From Fistulifera solaris (lineage: Eukaryota), in the NCBI GenBank assembly GCA_030295235.1, contig AP026143.1, positions 310,001-374,000 on the forward strand: a DNA stretch of 64,000 bases, read 5' to 3'. A program made the translations under genes and the position numbers. Under the pieces are notes generated by a model, which ran no database searches, was not told the DNA's origin, and saw nothing but the letters and a program-made list of their open reading frames with translations. Shown in pieces: positions 12,343-23,560 of this stretch (position 1 is the stretch's first letter; each line of letters begins with the position of its first letter).

Positions 12343-12458
12343 TAGCAGCCCTGTAGTTTATACGACTTCTAACGTGATTTTTTAATATGAAGAAAATCGA
12401 TTTCTAGTATTGTCTCGTCGTGCTTTCTCATGCTACCCGTTTCGATTTAATTAAACGT

Positions 12459-13661
12459 TTACATAAATGAACTCATAAAGTCATTTAAACCCCAACGTCG
12501 TCCCAAATCGTAGGACGGACTCTTCCCAAAGCGTTTTTCGAGCATTTCTTGCGCTCCGGGCACACGTAAAAGACAACGGCCGCAATCAAACAGAATGCTA
12601 ACAACTTCCGACGGATCCCCCCGAACGCGGTTACGTGGTAAATAACCTGTTAACAACGGGGCTGGATTGAGAATGGCAGGAAGCATCGTTGGATTGTTGC
12701 GATGAATTGCATTCAACAGATGTTCGACTTGGTGCCTTTGACTGTCAATATTGAACAGACGCCGATCAATCAGCATATCCGTAACCGCACACTGTACAGC
12801 TTGGATGCGTTTGCCGGCGCTTGTTGCAAAAGCTATGTCGATCGACCGGTAAGTGGCGTCGTACGTGGCAACAATACGGCATTTGATAATGAGAAGCGCC
12901 ACTAGAAATGACAAGTGCGCCCTCGCAATCGCTCACATTCGGACAATCTTCAAACATGTCCCGATAGCGACAGTTCTTCTCGCGCGGATACATCCAGTCG
13001 CCTTCCTTACTCTCAAAATAACGTGGCATGGTGTCGGTGATTTTGTCATCATTGATCGGATGCATTTTCATCCAATGTCGCATGAAATCAAACGCATCAT
13101 CATCACGGTGGACGTGCAACAAGAGAAACGGGGCCGTGTCGAGAAAGGTTTGCGGACCCCGAGCATCCAATCTCAATATTTCCAAGAAGTGGATCAGGGC
13201 CTTTTCCCCAACAGCTTTGATTTCACCCAAATAGGCTGCCTTGGTGAGATTTTCCGCCAATTCGCAGCGAGTTTTCATATAGGAAAATGTTTCTTCCCAC
13301 TGGCTGAACAGTCCACTTTGAATGTCGAATAGATCTTGTGGGAAAAAGACCCCATCGATGCGCACTCGGTGGATCGGTTTCGCCAATTCCTCGACACGTT
13401 TCTCCAATCGAGCAATTTCCATTCACATTGGCTTATGCGAATAATGATCCACCTGGCAATCTTTATTGCAGTACCAAACCGTATGACAGCGTGCACAGCA
13501 CTTCAAGCCAGAAGCAGGTCGACTGTGACAGGAAGCGCACCAGGGTGTTTCTTGAACGCGAGGATCTTTGCCTTCATAGGGGCGGCGCCGTGTCGGGATT
13601 GTAATCTTCCGGAGGAGCCGTTTGAAAAAAAGTCTTCTTCGACTTCGAGTATCTCTGGCAT
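12459..13661 (-). pseudogene. MYND-type zinc-finger protein, copy 3 (frameshifted, convergent with copy 2)
   Basis: The minus strand encodes CHSRPASGLKCCARCHTVWYCNKDCQ, LLLHVHRDDDAFDFMRHW, FLVALLIIKCRIVATYDA and IHRNNPTMLPAILNP in different frames. Confidence 0.7.
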
Positions 13662-13802
13662 TTTGTAAGCTCTGCCAAATCGCGGTAATGCGTGCTTGAT
13701 GATAAGAAGGGACTGTTGATAGTTATGAGCTTTGTATGGCTCACCGTCATGGCCGCATCATTATGGCCAAAGTCAAAGTTGGGTTCGTCTATAAAGTTCA
13801 TC

Positions 13803-14032
13803 ATTCATGACTGAAATGCAGTCGTGGAGAAAGGTCGTATTCACCTTGGACTATAGTAAATACAGAAGACTACGATACCTCCGTTTTTCGACACCACAAG
13901 TCGATGAACGCTTCGCGAATACAATTGAGGATAATAATTGCATTACAATTGCGCAGATATAAAGGAGAACGAACGAAGGTTAAGGTAGCAGTCTGACTTG
14001 AAAATTCGTTCATGACTGAAATGCAGTCGTGG
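13803..14032 (+). repeat. Dispersed ~200-bp repeat unit bounded by two CATGACTGAAATGCAGTCGTGG copies
   Basis: Identical 22-mers at 13806 and 14011 (205 bp apart). The intervening sequence resembles 40195-40440. Confidence 0.75.
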
Positions 14033-14423
14033 GTTTCAATGACTCCTGATTGACTTGCAGTCTTGGGAAAGTTGAAGCCACAAGAGCAGCCCCTAACCTT
14101 ATTGGAAGTAGCCAGCATAACGAGTGTCGTCATTCGTCGCATACAAAAAAAACAAGAGGAGGAAGAAATTCTCATCATGATGTTGTCGTTGTTGTCGAAC
14201 GAATGCAATGCAATCCACAAACGATTTCAAATTGTAAAACTATTCATTCATATAGAGCAATTCACTTCAAGGCTACTCGATCTCACATTCAATAACAATC
14301 GCCATCATTCCCTCTTTCGTCAACGTCGCTTTTTGGCTCTTCGTCGCGCACTTTTGCGTAACCCACGGTTATAATTTCCCTCGAGTCTCGCAACAGTCGC
14401 CTTTTTCTTCTTGTCACTTGAAA

Positions 14424-15355
14424 ATGACATCCTTATCGACGGAACAAGTCAAGTCCGAGGCACACATCATTGACGGCAAAGCCATTGCCGCCAGCATTCG
14501 ACAGGATATTGCGGAACAAGTCGCAGCACTGGGCGAAACGGACAAACCAGGGTTGGCCGTCATTTTGGTAGGATCCCGTCTCGATTCACAAACTTATGTG
14601 AATATGAAAAGAAGGCGTGTGAAGCGGCGGGAATTGTATCGTTTGGGTTCGATTTTGAGGACACCGTGACACAAGAAGTTCTTCTGGAGACGATTCAGAA
14701 ACTCAATCAGGACGATCGCGTGCACGGCATCCTGGTGCAACTGCCATTACCAAGCCATTTGGATCAAGACGCCACTTTGAAAAGTGTCCATCCGGACAAG
14801 GATGTCGATGGCTTGCATCCGACGAACGTGGCGGCCTTGCAAATGTATTCGGGTCACTTTTTGGAGGCACCTTTTTCCATTCCGTGTACGCCACTGGGGT
14901 GTTGTGTTTTGTTGGAACAGTCGGCGGTGCCATTGCGGGGTGCGCATTGTGTGGTGTTGGGACGGAGTCAGTTGGTCGGCTGGCCGATGGCGCGATTGCT
15001 GTTGGCGCAAGATGCGACCGTGACAGTGGTGCATTCGAAGACAAAGAATATTGAGGATATGGTGCGTCAAGCCGATGTCGTCGTGGCGGCCGTGGGTCGG
15101 GCCGAAATGGTCAAGGGCGACTGGTTAAAGCCAGGTGCTGTGGTCATTGATGTCGGCATCAATAGTGTCGATACTCCAGGTGAGAAGAAACCGTACAAGC
15201 TGGTGGGAGATGTACATTATGATTCGGCCAAAGCGGTGGCGTCGAAAATTACGCCAGTTCCGGGTGGTGTAGGGCCCATGACCATTGCCATGCTACTTCG
15301 TAATACACTGGCTTCGTTTCAACGAATGCAAAAGCAGACACAGACACCTTTGTGA
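14424..15355 (+). CDS. folD: Bifunctional methylenetetrahydrofolate dehydrogenase/cyclohydrolase; apparent frameshift near 14610
   Basis: [61 protein letters not shown] and [17 protein letters not shown]. Confidence 0.92.
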
Positions 15356-15451
15356 CACGAAACGAATCATTACAAACATTTTGCTAAGCATGAATAGTTT
15401 TTATTAATCTTAATAGGTATGACATGTGATTTGCCACGACGGACTCTTATC

Positions 15452-17365
15452 TTACAACAGAAAACTTGCAGCTACTCCGACGAAGGCTGTGATCAACGTG
15501 CTGCCATAGAATACAGCAGCGGATCCACCCCCACCGCCTCCGTCAGTATTGTTGTCAGCAGTTGGGTTGGCCGCTGAGGAATCCTCATCGGTATCACCAC
15601 TACCCTCACCGTCTTCATCAGTACCTCCGTCAGGATTACTCGAATTGCCACCCACTTCGTCGGAGGGCGCTGCTACAGGGGTATCAGGTACTTCGATACC
15701 ACACACTTGAGCCAACGTTGAGTTGACGGGAGATAAAGTGTCCGCTCGCAACTCCGGATCTTCCGGCCGGTGCCCTTGCAAACCGTAAAAAAGTCCCGTG
15801 CCCATACCACAAATCTCCATGACCACTTGGTGATCACTATCCAGAGGCTTAAGGGCGTCACTCTCCTCTCCGATCGGTCCATCGTACAATTGGGCAAACT
15901 CGACCATGTTGATAAGATCCGGCACCTCCACTTGCGCTTGGGAAACAACATTGTCCGTCTCGGAGTAGCAAAACTCGACGCTATGAATCCAATTGTATTC
16001 GGTCTGGCCCAAAAGTGTCGGGTAGACCGAGGCACTAGCGATGGCTTCACAAAGCTTGTCAATGGTCGTGGGTATTCCAGCCGTGGCCTTGCAGGGCGAC
16101 CGGTTTCCATTACGAAGCTGTTCCTCATAAAATGTGATCAGATTCGGGTTTAAAAAGTCGAGGACTGTCGCAGCACTGATCGCTCCGAGCGAAATATCCT
16201 CCTGTACCGTCGTATTCTCCGTTGTTGGCACCGTGGTGTTCTCGGGCGTTACCACTGTGGTGTTCTCCGTCGTCGTGGGGACTGTCGCTGAGCCTTGGAG
16301 TTCTCGTCGGTTGGTCACATGTGTGTTGGTGTACGTGCTCATGATCTGCTGTTTCAGTGTGGGGCTGACCAAATCCTGACCCGTGCCCGTGTTGACCAAA
16401 TTCGGATTTCCCCAACTGAACGAGAAAGCCGCCATTTCGAGTAACGACTTCATTCGATCCGGTAACGCTCGCCCGTTCGAGGCCTCGAGTACGGCCTGTA
16501 CCAAATATTGATCCAAGTCCAAAATACCTGCACCGGAAAAGACCCGCAACACCAAGGTGCGGAAGCGTCGGAAACCCTGCGCGACTTCCATAGCGCCGAA
16601 GGCTCCATCCTCAAAACCTTGGACGGTGACATGATCGAGATCCAGCGTCGTACAAGGTGTTTCCTTCTGCAAGTACTCTCGAACACGCAACCAGCTGACG
16701 AAAGCAGCTTGCTTGTACCCAGGCCCCCAAAACAAAGTACGGTTCATCAAGGAAGTACCGTAACCCACATAATCCGGAATTATGGCGACACTGCCGGCAC
16801 TTGCCGCCAACATGCTGGGAACGAAGGTCGAGAAATCGACTTGTCGGAAAGTAGCCGCACTGTCGACTTCACTGAGAAAGGTGGTGAAATCTTTCGGCCA
16901 CACGTTGGTGGGTGCTTGTTCCGGCGTGGCGACCGTGTGCGACAAGGAAAGGAACGGACGGAGTTCGTAGCCTTGAAGAATTTCTGTACCATTGCTGTTG
17001 GGTTCGAGAGGAAACATGACCAAGGCGGATTGGAATTTGTCGTAGCCGTAAATATCTTCGGAACAGTACGTCAACCAATCGGCAGGGAAAGATTCACCAA
17101 GTTCAATGTAGTAATTGTCGATGAAGCGGCAACTACTGCATAACTTCATTACCATGAAATCATACTTGGCGGGACGGAAGATGACATTGCGGGACACTTC
17201 CGGATTCTCCACGAGAGGTTCGAGGAAAATGGCCGCCAAGTCGAGAAGTTGCTCTTTCGTGACAACCCCCAGTGATGTATCGCAATCGCTGTCAATCACG
17301 CCCTCCTGAGCAAAGGTTGTAGTTACAGCCAGCGCAAATAGAAAAAACCGGCTGATTAATCTCAT
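15452..17365 (-). CDS. Secreted, probably GPI-anchored alpha/beta-hydrolase (secretory lipase-like fold) with altered nucleophile elbow
   Basis: Signal peptide MRLISRFFLFALAVTTTFA. IPDYVGYG motif. GFEDG at the GxSxG position. Thr-rich ENTT repeats. Ser/Gly/Asp-rich stalk followed by a hydrophobic C-terminal tail. Confidence 0.6.
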   Translation of the reverse strand: MRLISRFFLFALAVTTTFAQEGVIDSDCDTSLGVVTKEQLLDLAAIFLEPLVENPEVSRNVIFRPAKYDFMVMKLCSSCRFIDNYYIELGESFPADWLTYCSEDIYGYDKFQSALVMFPLEPNSNGTEILQGYELRPFLSLSHTVATPEQAPTNVWPKDFTTFLSEVDSAATFRQVDFSTFVPSMLAASAGSVAIIPDYVGYGTSLMNRTLFWGPGYKQAAFVSWLRVREYLQKETPCTTLDLDHVTVQGFEDGAFGAMEVAQGFRRFRTLVLRVFSGAGILDLDQYLVQAVLEASNGRALPDRMKSLLEMAAFSFSWGNPNLVNTGTGQDLVSPTLKQQIMSTYTNTHVTNRRELQGSATVPTTTENTTVVTPENTTVPTTENTTVQEDISLGAISAATVLDFLNPNLITFYEEQLRNGNRSPCKATAGIPTTIDKLCEAIASASVYPTLLGQTEYNWIHSVEFCYSETDNVVSQAQVEVPDLINMVEFAQLYDGPIGEESDALKPLDSDHQVVMEICGMGTGLFYGLQGHRPEDPELRADTLSPVNSTLAQVCGIEVPDTPVAAPSDEVGGNSSNPDGGTDEDGEGSGDTDEDSSAANPTADNNTDGGGGGGSAAVFYGSTLITAFVGVAASFLL

Positions 17366-17943
17366 GCTTTGTTTTTGTATATTGTTAGCAGGATGTTCAC
17401 ACAACTTGTTCTTTGTGGTCATGTCGATCGAAACAACATCGGATTGTTGTCTTGCAATAAAATGCATCATGCATGTTTTAGAATATGTCTTCCTGTTTCC
17501 ATTTGTACACGAAATTGTAGAGTAAAAGTGTATCTGATGCAAAAAGTTGGTTTACGCAACAGAAATCACAGTAGTCTATAACGGTGCGACCATGCAGGCA
17601 AGACCTATGCCAGTCATTTACGACTATGACTGCAAGAATGACCATTTTGTACTCTTTTGGAAGTGAGAATGACCGACCCACGATCTATGAAACAGGGACT
17701 CAATTACTCGGGACACAGAACTAGAGAGCGTACCTACTACCTTACTTTAGTCGAACGTCTCCCCATGAACTACCAATCTGTCAACCTATACGATAAGACA
17801 ATTGATGAGCAACAAGTATTCGAAACATAAATAACAGGTCTTAACTGTGGCAAAGGCGAAGCCGGCATAGGCGGAATTATCGTCGTTTGTGCTGTTGGAA
17901 ATGCCATTGGTTGCTCTAGAAAGTTTGACTATACCGTACTGCT

Positions 17944-18642
17944 TTATTCGACTCGCTTCCATAAAGCTAGACCTCCGCCTCCTCCACGGGCGGTTGCAAT
18001 AGACTCATCGGCGCTTATCCAGTTGAAGAAAGGTTTTCGTTTGTTCGTGACATTGTTCTTGCTCCCTAATCCTGATTTAGCACCCAGTTCCGCTGCATCG
18101 TTCTGTCCCAGCTGGATATCGAAGAATCCAAAAAGCGTAACTCGGTTAAAGTCAAACTCGAGTTTGCGTGATTTAAGATTGAATTCAAATTCACCGCTGA
18201 ATTTTAGAGCCGGAAAGTCACCGAAATAAATTCCATTTTCAATTTTCATCCCTTCCGTTCGAAACGATTGCACAGCCTTCAACGGAAAGTAGTTGATGCG
18301 TCCTCCCGTTCGTTTCTGTGTATCTTTCGTTCCGGTGGTAAAGATCAAACGCCAATCGCCATTCAAATTCTCCAAAACAGATTCCGCAATGTTCGGATCT
18401 TCTCGAGCCACTTGTCTCATTTGCTTTTCGAGGGCACTCAAAGCCTCAAAGACAGCATCCGAGTCTTCTTGCTTCGTTTCCGCGGCACGTTTGAGTAAGG
18501 TTAGGTTGTCCTCGAGTGACGGCTCGGCCACGGTCGTTTCGGACAAACAGAATGATCGAGGAACATTCCTATTATTAACGGGTGGCACAAACGCTTGCGC
18601 GCCCAGTGACAGAAGAAAGAAAAGAGTGAAAGAGCGATTCAT
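17944..18642 (-). CDS. Plastid-targeted PAP/fibrillin-like protein
   Basis: Signal peptide ending AQA-FVPP (ASAFAP-type), LNGDWRLIFTT and C-terminal ARGGGGGLALWKR. Confidence 0.65.
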   Translation of the reverse strand: MNRSFTLFFLLSLGAQAFVPPVNNRNVPRSFCLSETTVAEPSLEDNLTLLKRAAETKQEDSDAVFEALSALEKQMRQVAREDPNIAESVLENLNGDWRLIFTTGTKDTQKRTGGRINYFPLKAVQSFRTEGMKIENGIYFGDFPALKFSGEFEFNLKSRKLEFDFNRVTLFGFFDIQLGQNDAAELGAKSGLGSKNNVTNKRKPFFNWISADESIATARGGGGGLALWKRVE

Positions 18643-19873
18643 TATCTATTTGTAAAATAAAATTTTATGTCATAGTCGGAGTTCCAACAACAACATGTTG
18701 AGGTTTTGCTTTCATGCATGTCAATGGATCCAAAATGATGACGTCACACTCTCAGTCCCATCGTTATGAGGAGTCTCGCAACCTACAGATCGTAGCAAAT
18801 GACATGGTACGCTTGAATTGAAAGGAAATTTGTTTCATTATGTTGAATTATATTAAAGGAAGGAAATCACCCTAAGGTTAGACAGTTTGAGATGCAGGAT
18901 GCAAGCCAGGAGATTGGAATGAAAAAGATTTGGCGTTCATAGGTTATGAATACTTTGTATAGTAGCACTAGTTCTACAGGTCAGTGCAGGGATGGAACAG
19001 TTTGCTTCAACAGCTTACATCATTGCCACCCATTACTCCGAGAATAGAAAAATATTTTGTCTGCTCTGCCTTTGGTTCTCTCAAGGTGTCCAATCATGAG
19101 TTGACTCTCACTAGTTTTTGCCGGGGTCTCTTCTGTCTAAATTAACCTAGATTCACGTCTCGCGTCTTTTTGTTTAATGATTGTGCTGAACTTTTGTGGT
19201 TATCGAGCATAGCTGGGAACTAACTTGGCTTAAATCTTTGCACCTTCGTCGTTAAAACAGGGTTAAAAGATGAGATGAAAAAGATGAGGGTTGGCTTGCG
19301 CGTTGTAATAATTGCTAAGAATCTAAGATGAACGGAAAGTTCAACGTCGAATACTTAGAGACTGCATTTGTCTTTTAAGTATATCTGATTCAGTACAATC
19401 CTTACTTAAGAGATTTTTTTGTACTCAAAGTATTTTTGTCCTTAACGAAGTGGAAACGCCTGATAGCCTCTCGTCTCTCGTATAAAGTTCACGCACGTGT
19501 TGCGCGCACCTCAGAACGCCCGTCGGCTTCAGGAGGTCCTATTTGGCGAGCCCACCGACTCCGTGGGCAACAATGAAAACCTTGCGTGCATTTCGCCATG
19601 GATACGACGCCACCAAAAAGTCGTGACAACAACAAGTAATTCACTATACAATTAGAAAACAGATCAAGGTAAGCATGAAAAGTGCAATTCATCGGAAAGT
19701 TCTGTTGGTAGCGATTACGGAGCCTCGGGGGTGCATTCTTTGCGTCTGTGGTGAAATTCCTTTAATATCGATCGCCTCATCTTTGCGTTTCATTTTTTCG
19801 AAGAAACAGTGCCCGAGAAAATTATAACGATCACAAAACATTATCTTAAGGCAAGAAACAGAAAAGTTAAACT

Positions 19874-22800
19874 ATGTTGATGTCGATGCCACCGCGTCCT
19901 CCGCTCTTACAAACGGCCACAGTCGAGGAGTCGTCGCCCATTGGCAATTTGCCGGATCATGGCCGCGTGTGGGTTCATCAAAGTGTCATTGACGAAGTTC
20001 GCAACAAAAAGAAACCAATGCTCCGACGTAACAACAGTTCCACTAGCTTAAAAAGTTTTCGACATCCACAGGACGCCAGTGTCAGCAGCTTTACGGAAGT
20101 CGAGAGCGTCGCCGATCACAGTTCGGAAGAAGGGCGTCACGCCGTTTGGGCATGGAAAGAAGCCGTTTTGGTGGAAAATAGCAGTAAGGGAGTCGTTGTT
20201 AAACTGGCAGACTCGGCGTTGGACGATGATTTTGTATCGGATCCTGTTGTAACGCTTCCATTCGCTTCGTGGGGCCAAGGCAACATCGTTCTCGCCAACG
20301 AATACAGCAAAGATGAAAACTCGGGGCTCTGGCAAGCTCCGCACGATCTCATCAATTTGACCCACTTGCACGAACCGGCGGTCGTGGAGTCACTGCAACA
20401 CCGCTTTAACGCAAATCAAATATACACCAGCACCGGTCCTGTCCTGTTGGCGATCAATCCATTTAAGAATATTCGGGGCATGTATGGCGAAACCATTCAA
20501 AAGACGTACTGGGAGAAGGCAGAAATGAAAAAGACAACGGAATTAGCGCCTCATATCTATGGGATCGCCGATGCTAGTTACCGTGACATGTTGAGAGCAC
20601 TGGAGGATAGCACCCCGGCCAATCAAAGTATTCTCGTCTCGGGAGAGTCCGGCGCCGGGAAAACGGTGACGACCAAGTTTGTCATGAAATATCTCGCTGC
20701 CCTTTCGCAACGTTCTGCCGAAATAAGGACGCAAGATAAACGCGCTTACCAAAAAGCGGCAGAGCAAAAGCAACATTCTACGTCGCCAAAGCGGATATCG
20801 TCGGCTATCACCAAAGCGTTTGAAAAACCGAACGGCTCTGCGTTATCGGTATCTCCCTTTAAGAAGCGATTCAATCGACCGAATGTTGCGGTCAACGAGG
20901 CGGCTTCTGCAACCAATGAACTCATCAATGTCACTACGCTATCCTCGTCGTCTCAGAACTCGATCGAAGCTATCGTTTTACAGAGCAACCCTATTCTTGA
21001 ATCGTTCGGAAACGCCCGAACCATTCGCAATGATAACTCTTCACGCTTTGGCAAGTTTATTGAAATCCAGTTTTCGCCCAGCGGTCAACTGGTTGGAGCT
21101 AATATTGAGACGTACTTGCTGGAAAAGGTGCGCATATGCCGACAGCTTCCCGGCGAACGTAATTTCCACGTATTTTATGAACTCCTGCACGAACGTGACG
21201 AGTTGCCACGCTTGTACTTCATCGCTCATACCGCTCTCCCTGAAGACTTCAAGTTACTGTCATCATCGGCGACATACGGTCGACGCGATGGCGTGTCCGA
21301 CGCCGAAACATACCGCGGCTTAAGAGCTGCACTTACGGCTATGGGCTTTACTTTGGAGGAAATGCAGAGCGTATTTGGGGTGACCGCAGCTATTATGCAC
21401 GCTTCCAACTTGAACTTCATTGATACGGGTGACGATACGTCTGCCTTGGACGAGAACAACGTGCACCTACAACCTGTCTGCCATCTATTCGGAGTTACCG
21501 AAGAAGAACTAAATGCTGCATTGACATCTTTCACTATCACAGCTGGACGAAGCCAAGTACAACGAGCTATGAATGCAGAACAAGCCGAGAAAGGTTTGCA
21601 AGCCTTACTCAAGACCACATATGGCGCTTTGTTCACTTACCTCGTTCAACGCATTAACGAGTCAATCGCATTCAGGAAGCGCGAGAATGGCACTGAGGAG
21701 ACTTCAGGCGAGCGAGATCTAAAGTCTTCTTCTCTTGGTCCAGCAGCAAAGATCGGCGTTCTGGATATTTTCGGTTTCGAGTCATTCCAGACAAATTCAT
21801 TTGAGCAGCTCTGCATTAATTTTTGCAATGAAGCTCTGCAACAGCAGTTTAACGCATTTGTATTGAAGAACGAGCAAGCCATTTACGAAAAAGAAGGGAT
21901 CGAGTGGAGTTTCATTGAGTTTCCTGAAAACCAAGACGTCCTTGACTTGATCGAGAAGCGTGGCACAGGAATCTTCAGTATTTTGGATGATCAATGTCGC
22001 GCACCAGGACCGTCGGACAAAGCCTTTGCCATCAATTTGTACAATCAGTGTAAAGGGCTGCCTCGATTTTCCGCTTCGCGTAAGCAAACAGCAAATCTAC
22101 AGTTCGCAGTCAGTCACTATGCTGGTCCGGTAGAGTACAGCACAGATGGTTTTGTGGAAAAGAACAAGGACGACCTCCCGAAAGAAATAATTGAGTTGCT
22201 GAAAACCAGTTCTCTTCCATTCGTTCAGGATCTTGCCTTTATTATGGAAGGAGACGTTACGGAGAAGTCAACGGACAAGAACGGGGCAAAATTCCAGCGG
22301 CACGGGTCATTCGTTGGGAGAGCGACGGTCGGAGGGCAATTCCGAAACCAGTTGCGTGACTTACGTGACAAGATCGGCTTAACCAATCCTCATTACATTC
22401 GCTGTCTCAAACCAAACGATCAACTAATCCCTGACGTTTACGACACCGCAATTGTTGCAGAACAATTGAAATGTGGAGGCATCCTTGAGGCAGTGCGAGT
22501 AGCCCGTGCTGGATTTACACAGCATTACGCTCATAATGATTTCGTCCGGCGTTACCGCTCACTTGCTTGGCGAGAACTGGGCGCGGACTCTGCAGCGTCG
22601 GAGAAACAGTCCAAGAGCGCTAAAAATTACAACGGTTGGAGCGGAGGTAGTCGCGGTACCCTAAAACCAAGTCTTCCAAAGGAATCGTCATCTGACGAAA
22701 CCAATGCGTCTAGTCAGTGCAAGAAACTCGTCAAGATTCTTTACTGGAAACTTCGTAAACTTGCAAACACGCCTGATGACGGAAGTACAGGACCACTTTC

Positions 22801-23560
22801 TCCGATGTCAGCCAATTCTCCTCCCAGTTCTCCTGCTGCCAAGGCCAAAACCTACACATATCAATCTTCCCCCAGCTCAATACCTTCCTGGTCCAAAGAA
22901 AGTCCTTTTACTAAAAAGAAGTTGAACGTGGACAGCTCGAACAGCAGTTTACCGCCTTTACCGTTCAGTTCTACTCCGCAATCCAAAAAGAGCAAGTTTT
23001 CGTCGTCTGCTCCTGGTGAAGAATTCCAAAAGAATGCTCGTGCTAGCTCCGACTGGAGTCAAGGCGCAACATCCTCTGCTAGTTACTTGAAGGTTGGCAT
23101 CCAAATGGGGAAGACGAAAGTATTTCTACGACACCATTGCTTTGAGAATCTGGAACGATTACGCAGTATTGAGCAAGCGAGTGCTGCCACCAAATTGAAT
23201 TCTATATTCCGAAGATATTTAGCTCGCGTGGCTTATGTACCCTTTCGAGACGCCTTCCGTCGTGAAATGGCGCACCGCCGTGGTCGCTACGAGGACACGG
23301 GAGACGAAAAGAAGGACGATTACGATTGTAGTGAATCGGTTATCATGGCTCGCCGCGTCCTGTCCGATAACATGTCGGTATCCTTCCGGTTCGATGTCAA
23401 CGGCTACTCACTGGTTGACAAATGGCAAGAGTCCTTGATCCGTGACGCAATTCACAATCCTGTTCCCCGACACGAATGGGGAAAGCAAATGCCAGCCGGG
23501 ATGAACTTCAAATGGATCTTACGGGACGGTCTCTGGATCAAGAACTATGGTGAAATCTGA
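19874..23560 (+). CDS. Myosin heavy chain (motor domain, short tail)
   Basis: DLINLTHLHEP, P-loop GESGAGKT, LESFGNARTIRNDNSSRFGKF, DIFGFE, HYAGPVEY, PHYIRCLKPN and GKTKVFLR. Confidence 0.95.
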   Translation: MLMSMPPRPPLLQTATVEESSPIGNLPDHGRVWVHQSVIDEVRNKKKPMLRRNNSSTSLKSFRHPQDASVSSFTEVESVADHSSEEGRHAVWAWKEAVLVENSSKGVVVKLADSALDDDFVSDPVVTLPFASWGQGNIVLANEYSKDENSGLWQAPHDLINLTHLHEPAVVESLQHRFNANQIYTSTGPVLLAINPFKNIRGMYGETIQKTYWEKAEMKKTTELAPHIYGIADASYRDMLRALEDSTPANQSILVSGESGAGKTVTTKFVMKYLAALSQRSAEIRTQDKRAYQKAAEQKQHSTSPKRISSAITKAFEKPNGSALSVSPFKKRFNRPNVAVNEAASATNELINVTTLSSSSQNSIEAIVLQSNPILESFGNARTIRNDNSSRFGKFIEIQFSPSGQLVGANIETYLLEKVRICRQLPGERNFHVFYELLHERDELPRLYFIAHTALPEDFKLLSSSATYGRRDGVSDAETYRGLRAALTAMGFTLEEMQSVFGVTAAIMHASNLNFIDTGDDTSALDENNVHLQPVCHLFGVTEEELNAALTSFTITAGRSQVQRAMNAEQAEKGLQALLKTTYGALFTYLVQRINESIAFRKRENGTEETSGERDLKSSSLGPAAKIGVLDIFGFESFQTNSFEQLCINFCNEALQQQFNAFVLKNEQAIYEKEGIEWSFIEFPENQDVLDLIEKRGTGIFSILDDQCRAPGPSDKAFAINLYNQCKGLPRFSASRKQTANLQFAVSHYAGPVEYSTDGFVEKNKDDLPKEIIELLKTSSLPFVQDLAFIMEGDVTEKSTDKNGAKFQRHGSFVGRATVGGQFRNQLRDLRDKIGLTNPHYIRCLKPNDQLIPDVYDTAIVAEQLKCGGILEAVRVARAGFTQHYAHNDFVRRYRSLAWRELGADSAASEKQSKSAKNYNGWSGGSRGTLKPSLPKESSSDETNASSQCKKLVKILYWKLRKLANTPDDGSTGPLSPMSANSPPSSPAAKAKTYTYQSSPSSIPSWSKESPFTKKKLNVDSSNSSLPPLPFSSTPQSKKSKFSSSAPGEEFQKNARASSDWSQGATSSASYLKVGIQMGKTKVFLRHHCFENLERLRSIEQASAATKLNSIFRRYLARVAYVPFRDAFRREMAHRRGRYEDTGDEKKDDYDCSESVIMARRVLSDNMSVSFRFDVNGYSLVDKWQESLIRDAIHNPVPRHEWGKQMPAGMNFKWILRDGLWIKNYGEI

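Noticed and set aside
13870..14374. ORFs 13870..14220, 14050..14295 and 14063..14374
   Set aside because: They overlap the dispersed repeat and folD upstream region, have non-ATG or weak starts and show no domain features.
14590..14670. Programmed ribosomal frameshifting in folD and other split genes
   Set aside because: The breaks are scattered over unrelated genes with no shared slippery site or structure, so sequencing error is the simpler explanation.
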